23,125 bases of DNA from Gemmatimonas sp. Lineage in GTDB: Bacteria; Gemmatimonadota; Gemmatimonadetes; Gemmatimonadales; Gemmatimonadaceae. The notes beneath the pieces are model-generated. The model searched no databases. It saw nothing but the letters and a program-made list of their open reading frames with translations, and had not been told where the DNA came from. The stretch lies in contig JANNVQ010000035.1 of assembly GCA_031414535.1 (NCBI GenBank), positions 1 through 23,125 of the forward strand, in the 5' to 3' direction. The translations under genes were made by a program, and so were the position numbers. This document shows, piece by piece, positions 18,369 to 23,125 of this stretch (position 1 is the first letter of the stretch; each line of letters begins with the position of its first letter).

Positions 18369-20000
18369 TTAGCCCATGTGCGGATACTTATAATCGCGCG
18401 GAGGAACAAAGGTCTCCTTTACCGTTCGAGCGCTGACCCACCGCAGCAGGTTCAGCTTCGAGCCCGCCTTGTCGTTGGTACCTGACCCACGGGCACCACC
18501 AAACGGCTGCTGGCCCACGACGGCACCCGTGCACTTGTCGTTGAGGTAGAAGTTTCCGGCGCTGTGACGCAGTGCGGCGTGGGCTTGTCGGAGCGCGCTG
18601 CGGTCCTGCGCGAAGACGGCGCCGGTGAGCGCATACTCGGACGTCTCGTCCACGAGCTTGAGCGTCTCTTCCCACTTGTCATCGTCGTACACATAGGCCG
18701 TGACCACCGGACCAAAAATCTCCTCACACATCAGCCGGTACTTGGGGTCCTTGGTCTCAACCAACGTGGGCTGCACGAAGTAGCCCTTGCTGCCATCAGC
18801 CGTGCCGCCGGCGATGATGCTCGCGTTCTGCTTGGCATCGGCCAGGTAGCCGCTGATGCGATCGAAAGCCTTTTGGTCAATCACTGCGCCCATGAAGTTG
18901 GAGAAGTCGTTCACGTCTCCAACCTTGATGTCGTTGATCATCGCGGTGATGCGCTCCTTCACCTCGGGCCAGATGCTCTTGGGCACGTAGATGCGCGAAC
19001 AGGCCGAACACTTCTGACCCTGGTATTCAAACGCGCCGCGGACCACACCCACTGAAAAGGCCTGCACGTCGGCGGAGGGATGCGCAATCATGAAGTCCTT
19101 ACCGCCGGTCTCGCCCACGATGCGCGGGTATGAGCGGTAGTGGCTCATGTTCTGGCCAATTGTGCTCCACATGGAGTTGAACACACCAGTGGAGCCCGTG
19201 AAGTGCACGCCAGCCAGATCGCGATGCTTGAGCGCGATCTCGCTGATCATCGCGGGGTCACCAGGAAGGAAGTTGATCACGCCCTTCGGCAGGCCAGCTT
19301 CGTGCAGCAACCGCAACGTGTACCACGCGGAGAGCATCGCGCTCGACGCCGGCTTCCAGAGTACGACGTTGCCCATCAACGCCGGCGCCGTGGGCAGGTT
19401 GCCGCCGATGGCCGTGAAGTTGAACGGCGTCACGGCGTACACGAAGCCTTCGAGCGGACGGTACTCGCTCTGGTTCCACATGCCGGGGCCAGAGATTGGC
19501 TGTTCGCTGATCAGTTCGCGCGCGAACTGCACATTGAAACGGAAGAAGTCCGTCATCTCGCAGGCGGCATCAATCTCCGACTGGTAGACGTTCTTGGACT
19601 GGCCGAGCATCGTGGCGGCGTTGATGGTGTCGCGCCAGGGACCGGCGAGGAGGTCGGCGGCTTTGAGAAAGACGGCCGCGCGCTCCTCCCAGCTCCACTC
19701 GCTCCATTCCTTGTACGCCTTCTTGCCGCTGGCAATCGAATCCTGCACGTCCTGCTCGGTCGCCTGGTGCCAAGTGGCGGTCACGTGCTGGTGTTTGTGT
19801 GGTGAGACGGAGTTCACGGCTTTACCGCCGCGGCGTTCCTCGCCATGCACGACCACCGCGATGTCGGGACGCTCGCCTTCCATTGCCTTCAGGCGGGCCT
19901 GGAGCGAGGTGCGCTCGGGCGACCCGGGCGCGTAGGCACGAATCGGTTCATTGACTGTCGGCGGCAGCTGTCGGACGCCGTTCGGCGAGTAGGTCGGCAT
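18369..20000 (-). CDS. pruA: L-glutamate gamma-semialdehyde (P5C) dehydrogenase (543 aa)
   Basis: NEPIRAYAPGSPER, PFNFTAIGGNL, FTGST, GETGGKDF, FEYQGQKCSACS, EEIFGP and QQPFGGARGSGTNDKAG motifs. Start ATG 20000. Confidence 0.96.
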   Translation of the reverse strand: MPTYSPNGVRQLPPTVNEPIRAYAPGSPERTSLQARLKAMEGERPDIAVVVHGEERRGGKAVNSVSPHKHQHVTATWHQATEQDVQDSIASGKKAYKEWSEWSWEERAAVFLKAADLLAGPWRDTINAATMLGQSKNVYQSEIDAACEMTDFFRFNVQFARELISEQPISGPGMWNQSEYRPLEGFVYAVTPFNFTAIGGNLPTAPALMGNVVLWKPASSAMLSAWYTLRLLHEAGLPKGVINFLPGDPAMISEIALKHRDLAGVHFTGSTGVFNSMWSTIGQNMSHYRSYPRIVGETGGKDFMIAHPSADVQAFSVGVVRGAFEYQGQKCSACSRIYVPKSIWPEVKERITAMINDIKVGDVNDFSNFMGAVIDQKAFDRISGYLADAKQNASIIAGGTADGSKGYFVQPTLVETKDPKYRLMCEEIFGPVVTAYVYDDDKWEETLKLVDETSEYALTGAVFAQDRSALRQAHAALRHSAGNFYLNDKCTGAVVGQQPFGGARGSGTNDKAGSKLNLLRWVSARTVKETFVPPRDYKYPHMG

Positions 20001-20060
20001 AGTCAGAATTGATGAGGGGAAGACGTAGAAATCTAACGCCCTCTCGGGCGATACTTCAGG

Positions 20061-20888
20061 ATGCTCTCTTATGTCACGCGGCGGACGGTGCCGTTTGCGG
20101 CTGCCGCGCTCGCGCTGTCTCTCTTGGCCTGCGTTCCCCAACCGGTGGATTGGTCCGAGGACATTGAACGGGTTGAAGGCGTGCTGGCTGATTCTATGCG
20201 TCTCGTGTTCAAGGCGGACGCGCCAGGTGGTGTAGCCTTTGCACCCCTGTGGCGGCCGCCCACTTGGCCCAGTGAGCCGAGTCAATGCCGCGCGTCCCTG
20301 CGGGCCGACCGGGCCCTCGGTGATGAAGCCTACGCCAGTTGGTTCACCGTGCGCGAGGATTCCTCCGTGGTATTGCGCGTGGCGCGCTCTGACGACGGCG
20401 GCCTGACGTGGAACGCCGCGGTGACGGCAGACTCTGTGGACGTGGGCCGTGCAGGCTGCGCGCGTCCGGTGCCCTACATCGCGGCAGACTCGCTCAACGG
20501 CTACGTGCACATCGTCTATTACCTCGATGCCCGCGAAGGCGCAGGGCTATTCTTCACGCACACCATGGAACGCGGCGCGCTCTTTCACGAACCGGTGCCC
20601 ATCGTATACGGCGACCGCCCCTCCGCCGCGGCCGTGGCCTCGCGCGGTGACACGGTGGCCGTGGTGTTTGAGGACCCCAATTCGAAGCTTCCGCGCCTCG
20701 GCATCGCGCTGTCTCGCCTGCAGGGACACATTTTTGAGCAACGCGCTTCCGCTTCCGACGACACCGGTGAGGCGCGTACACCACGCATCGCGCTCCGGGG
20801 TACGCAGCTGGTGATCGGATGGACATCGACCTCCAGAGGTGGTACGATGCCACGCACCGCCACTCGCTCCGGTAAGATTTCTTGGTAA
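20061..20888 (+). CDS. Lipoprotein with BNR/Asp-box repeat (sialidase-like propeller)
   Basis: Lipobox LLAC; Asp-box SDDGGLTW; beta-rich repeats. Confidence 0.75.
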   Translation: MLSYVTRRTVPFAAAALALSLLACVPQPVDWSEDIERVEGVLADSMRLVFKADAPGGVAFAPLWRPPTWPSEPSQCRASLRADRALGDEAYASWFTVREDSSVVLRVARSDDGGLTWNAAVTADSVDVGRAGCARPVPYIAADSLNGYVHIVYYLDAREGAGLFFTHTMERGALFHEPVPIVYGDRPSAAAVASRGDTVAVVFEDPNSKLPRLGIALSRLQGHIFEQRASASDDTGEARTPRIALRGTQLVIGWTSTSRGGTMPRTATRSGKISW

Positions 20889-21574
20889 GCCCCCCGCTCC
20901 GCATCATCCTCGCTGACGACGACCTCCTGATGCGGGATCTCCTGCAGACGGTGATTGAGGCGTACGGCCACGAAGTGGACGTGTTTGAGAATGGCGCCGC
21001 GGCCTGGCAGGCATTCCAAGAGAGGCCCACGGCCTTGGTGGTGCTCGATTGGGACATGCCCATCATGGACGGACTGGAGGTCTGCCGACGCATTCGTAAT
21101 CACGAGGACGGCACGGACACCTACGTGCTGATGATCACCGCACGCACCAAGGCCGCTGACCTCGACGCCGTGCTAGCCGCCGGTGCCGACGATTACCTGT
21201 CCAAGCCGGTGACGGCCAGTGACATCTCGGCGCGCCTGCGCATTGCCGAGGCGCGCATCGAGATTGCGGCTGCGCGTCGTCAGGCCGAGTCGGATCTCCG
21301 CAAGGCGCGCTACTTGGCAGGCGTGGGCGAGGTCTCGCTGGCCCTGCAGCACGAGATCAACAATCCCTTGGCGGCGCTACTCACCACGACCGCCATCATC
21401 AAGGAAGGGATGGTGGATGCGGCGGACATTCCGGAGAGCCTCGCCATCATTGATACGCAGGCGAGGCGAATTGCCGATGTCATGAAGCGCCTGCGCGAGG
21501 TGCAGACGGACCGGAGCGTGGAGTACGCGCACGGCCAGCGGATGGTGGATCTGGGAGAGAAGAAGCCGCGGTGA
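20882..21574 (+). CDS. Receiver domain + HisKA (DHp) protein lacking the HATPase domain
   Basis: ILADDD, LDWDMP, MITA and GADDYLSKP receiver motifs; H-box LQHEINNPL; ORF ends about 70 aa after the His. Exact start (TTG 20882) is uncertain. Confidence 0.88.
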   Translation: MVSPPLRIILADDDLLMRDLLQTVIEAYGHEVDVFENGAAAWQAFQERPTALVVLDWDMPIMDGLEVCRRIRNHEDGTDTYVLMITARTKAADLDAVLAAGADDYLSKPVTASDISARLRIAEARIEIAAARRQAESDLRKARYLAGVGEVSLALQHEINNPLAALLTTTAIIKEGMVDAADIPESLAIIDTQARRIADVMKRLREVQTDRSVEYAHGQRMVDLGEKKPR

Positions 21575-22476
21575 CCGCGCACGTCATCGGGGTGCATCCG
21601 GCCGACGAGGGTGGTATACCGATGGCGATTCGTCGCGCCGTCGCTGCTGGCGCGCAGGCCGTGCAGGTGTTCACGGCGCCGCCCACCTACTACAACGAAA
21701 AGGTGTCGTACAAGCCGCCCAAGGTGAAGACGGCGCACACGGTGCTCGCTGAGCTTGGCCTCACGCCGCGCGCGCTCTTCGTGCACGCGGCCTACGTGCT
21801 CAATACGGCCTCGCCCGAGGAAGAAAAAGCGCAGCGTGCCAAGAGCGGGTTGGCCAAGGAGTACGAACGCACGTCGGCGCTGGGCGCGTACGGCTGCTGC
21901 TTTCACCCCGGCTCGGCGGGCGATTCAGCCCCCGAGGATGCGGCGCGGCGGTCGGGCCAGGCCATCCTGCATGCGCTGGAGACGGTACCAGAGACCGCCG
22001 CCGCCACGCGCGTCCTGATTGAGAACACCGCCGGCGCGGGGAAGACGATGGGTCGCACGCCGGAGGAAATCGCGATCATGCTTGCCGAGGTGCCGGCAGC
22101 GCTCCGGCATCGCACGGGGTATGGGCTCGATACCTGCCACCTGTTTGCGGCTGGGCATCCGATCCATGAAAGCGCGGACCGCCTTCGCGCGGTGCTCGAT
22201 GAGTTTGAACGTGTGATTGGCGAACCCCCGGCATTCTTCCACCTGAACGACTCCCAACACGCCTTCGCGAGCAACAAGGATCGGCACGCGTTGCTTGGTG
22301 AGGGACTCATCGGTGCGGAGCCATTTCGCTGGCTCATAGCCGACCCGCGCACGCGGGGCGTGCCCTGCATTCTCGAGACGCCGTCAGAGCGGAAAGAGAC
22401 GGCGGAGGACGATGCGAGTGCCGATCCGGCGGATGCGCGGATGGTCGCGCTGCTCAAGGAATTCGCTGCCGCGTAA
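21571..22476 (+). CDS. nfo: Endonuclease IV (AP endonuclease family 2)
   Basis: Metal-ligand motifs HAAY, FHPG, IENTAG, LDTCH, HLNDS, DRH and LETP. GTGA overlap with the upstream stop. Confidence 0.93.
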   Translation: MTAHVIGVHPADEGGIPMAIRRAVAAGAQAVQVFTAPPTYYNEKVSYKPPKVKTAHTVLAELGLTPRALFVHAAYVLNTASPEEEKAQRAKSGLAKEYERTSALGAYGCCFHPGSAGDSAPEDAARRSGQAILHALETVPETAAATRVLIENTAGAGKTMGRTPEEIAIMLAEVPAALRHRTGYGLDTCHLFAAGHPIHESADRLRAVLDEFERVIGEPPAFFHLNDSQHAFASNKDRHALLGEGLIGAEPFRWLIADPRTRGVPCILETPSERKETAEDDASADPADARMVALLKEFAAA

Positions 22477-22689
22477 GCGGCGCGAAAGAGCGTTTTCATA
22501 GGGGAAATTGCCTCGATACGGCTTCGCTAAAGCTGCTGCCAGAGGGGAAACGGCAGCTCCCTAGAGGGAAAATCGATGATTCTCGCTCTTGCGCGGTGCG
22601 CGGCGTCCCTTACTTTCGAGTCAGAACGCGCAGCGCTCGACCGGGCGAAGCAGCGCGTTCGAAAAACTTCCTTTCGAGGAGATGTTCGA

Positions 22690-23034
22690 ATGGCTGCCAA
22701 GAAGAAGGCTGCAAAGAAGGCTGCAAAGAAGGCGCCGGCCAAGAAGGCCGCAAAGAAGGCTCCGGCCAAGAAGGCCGCCAAGCGCAAGCCGAACGCTGCG
22801 TTCATGAAGCCGGTGACGCCGAATGAGAAGCTCGCCCTTGTGGTTGGCGCTGCGCCGCTGCCGCGCACCGAGCTCACCAAGAAGCTTTGGGTGTACATCA
22901 AGAAGAACAACCTGCAGGACAAGAAGAACCGTCGCATGATCAACGCCGACGCGGCGCTCAAGGCGGTCTTCAACGGCAAGGCTCAGGTCTCGATGTTCGA
23001 CATGACCAAGCTCGTCTCGAAGAACCTCAAGTAA
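22690..23034 (+). CDS. SWIB/MDM2-domain protein with histone-H1-like Lys/Ala N-terminal repeats (114 aa)
   Basis: AKKAA/AKKAP repeats, then PNAAFMKP...LPRTELTKKLWVYIKKNNLQD...INAD...VSMFDMTKLVSKNL. GAGGAG RBS before ATG 22690. Confidence 0.92.
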   Translation: MAAKKKAAKKAAKKAPAKKAAKKAPAKKAAKRKPNAAFMKPVTPNEKLALVVGAAPLPRTELTKKLWVYIKKNNLQDKKNRRMINADAALKAVFNGKAQVSMFDMTKLVSKNLK

Positions 23035-23056
23035 CCGAGAGTCTTCTGTAGGGCAT

Positions 23057-23090
23057 GAGGGGCGCGCCGCGCGGCCCCCCCTTCTCGTTT
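23057..23090 (+). terminator. Possible intrinsic terminator
   Basis: Imperfect GC-rich hairpin (GAGGGG...CCCCTT) followed by a pyrimidine-rich tail, downstream of the SWIB gene. Confidence 0.4.
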
Positions 23091-23125
23091 AGATTCCCCT
23101 TGTCCTCACACCTTGAGACCCGTGG

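Noticed and set aside
20001..20510. 170-aa N-terminal extension of P5C dehydrogenase (possible PutA-like fusion)
   Set aside because: Overlaps the divergent lipoprotein gene and has no proline dehydrogenase motifs.
22527..22979. Antisense ORF with AAFLAGAFF repeats
   Set aside because: Mirror image of the Lys/Ala repeat codons of the SWIB gene.

Overview
GC-rich bacterial chromosomal window; gene content suggests Gemmatimonadota, but this is inference only. It starts inside an IS110-family element. Visible parts are the 3' portion of the non-coding left end (folding like a bridge-RNA donor-binding loop), the DEDD recombinase gene and a short right end. The element sits in a copy of a palindromic REP/REPIN-like repeat, and an intact copy of that repeat lies at ~8773-8923. 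Next come msrB-msrA (minus strand) and an RND efflux operon whose first ORF is an in-frame TetR + signal peptide + TolC fusion, preceded by two palindromic operator candidates. The rest is a Spy/CpxP-like lipoprotein, an uncharacterised membrane-anchored protein coupled to a group II PLP decarboxylase, a multi-pass membrane protein, an outer-membrane beta-barrel, a membrane diguanylate cyclase, a PhzF-family protein, P5C dehydrogenase, a BNR-repeat lipoprotein, a REC-HisKA protein with no ATPase domain, endonuclease IV and a Lys/Ala-rich SWIB protein. The two best leads are the TetR-TolC polyprotein and the IS110 bridge-RNA/donor/REP-target set readable directly from the sequence.
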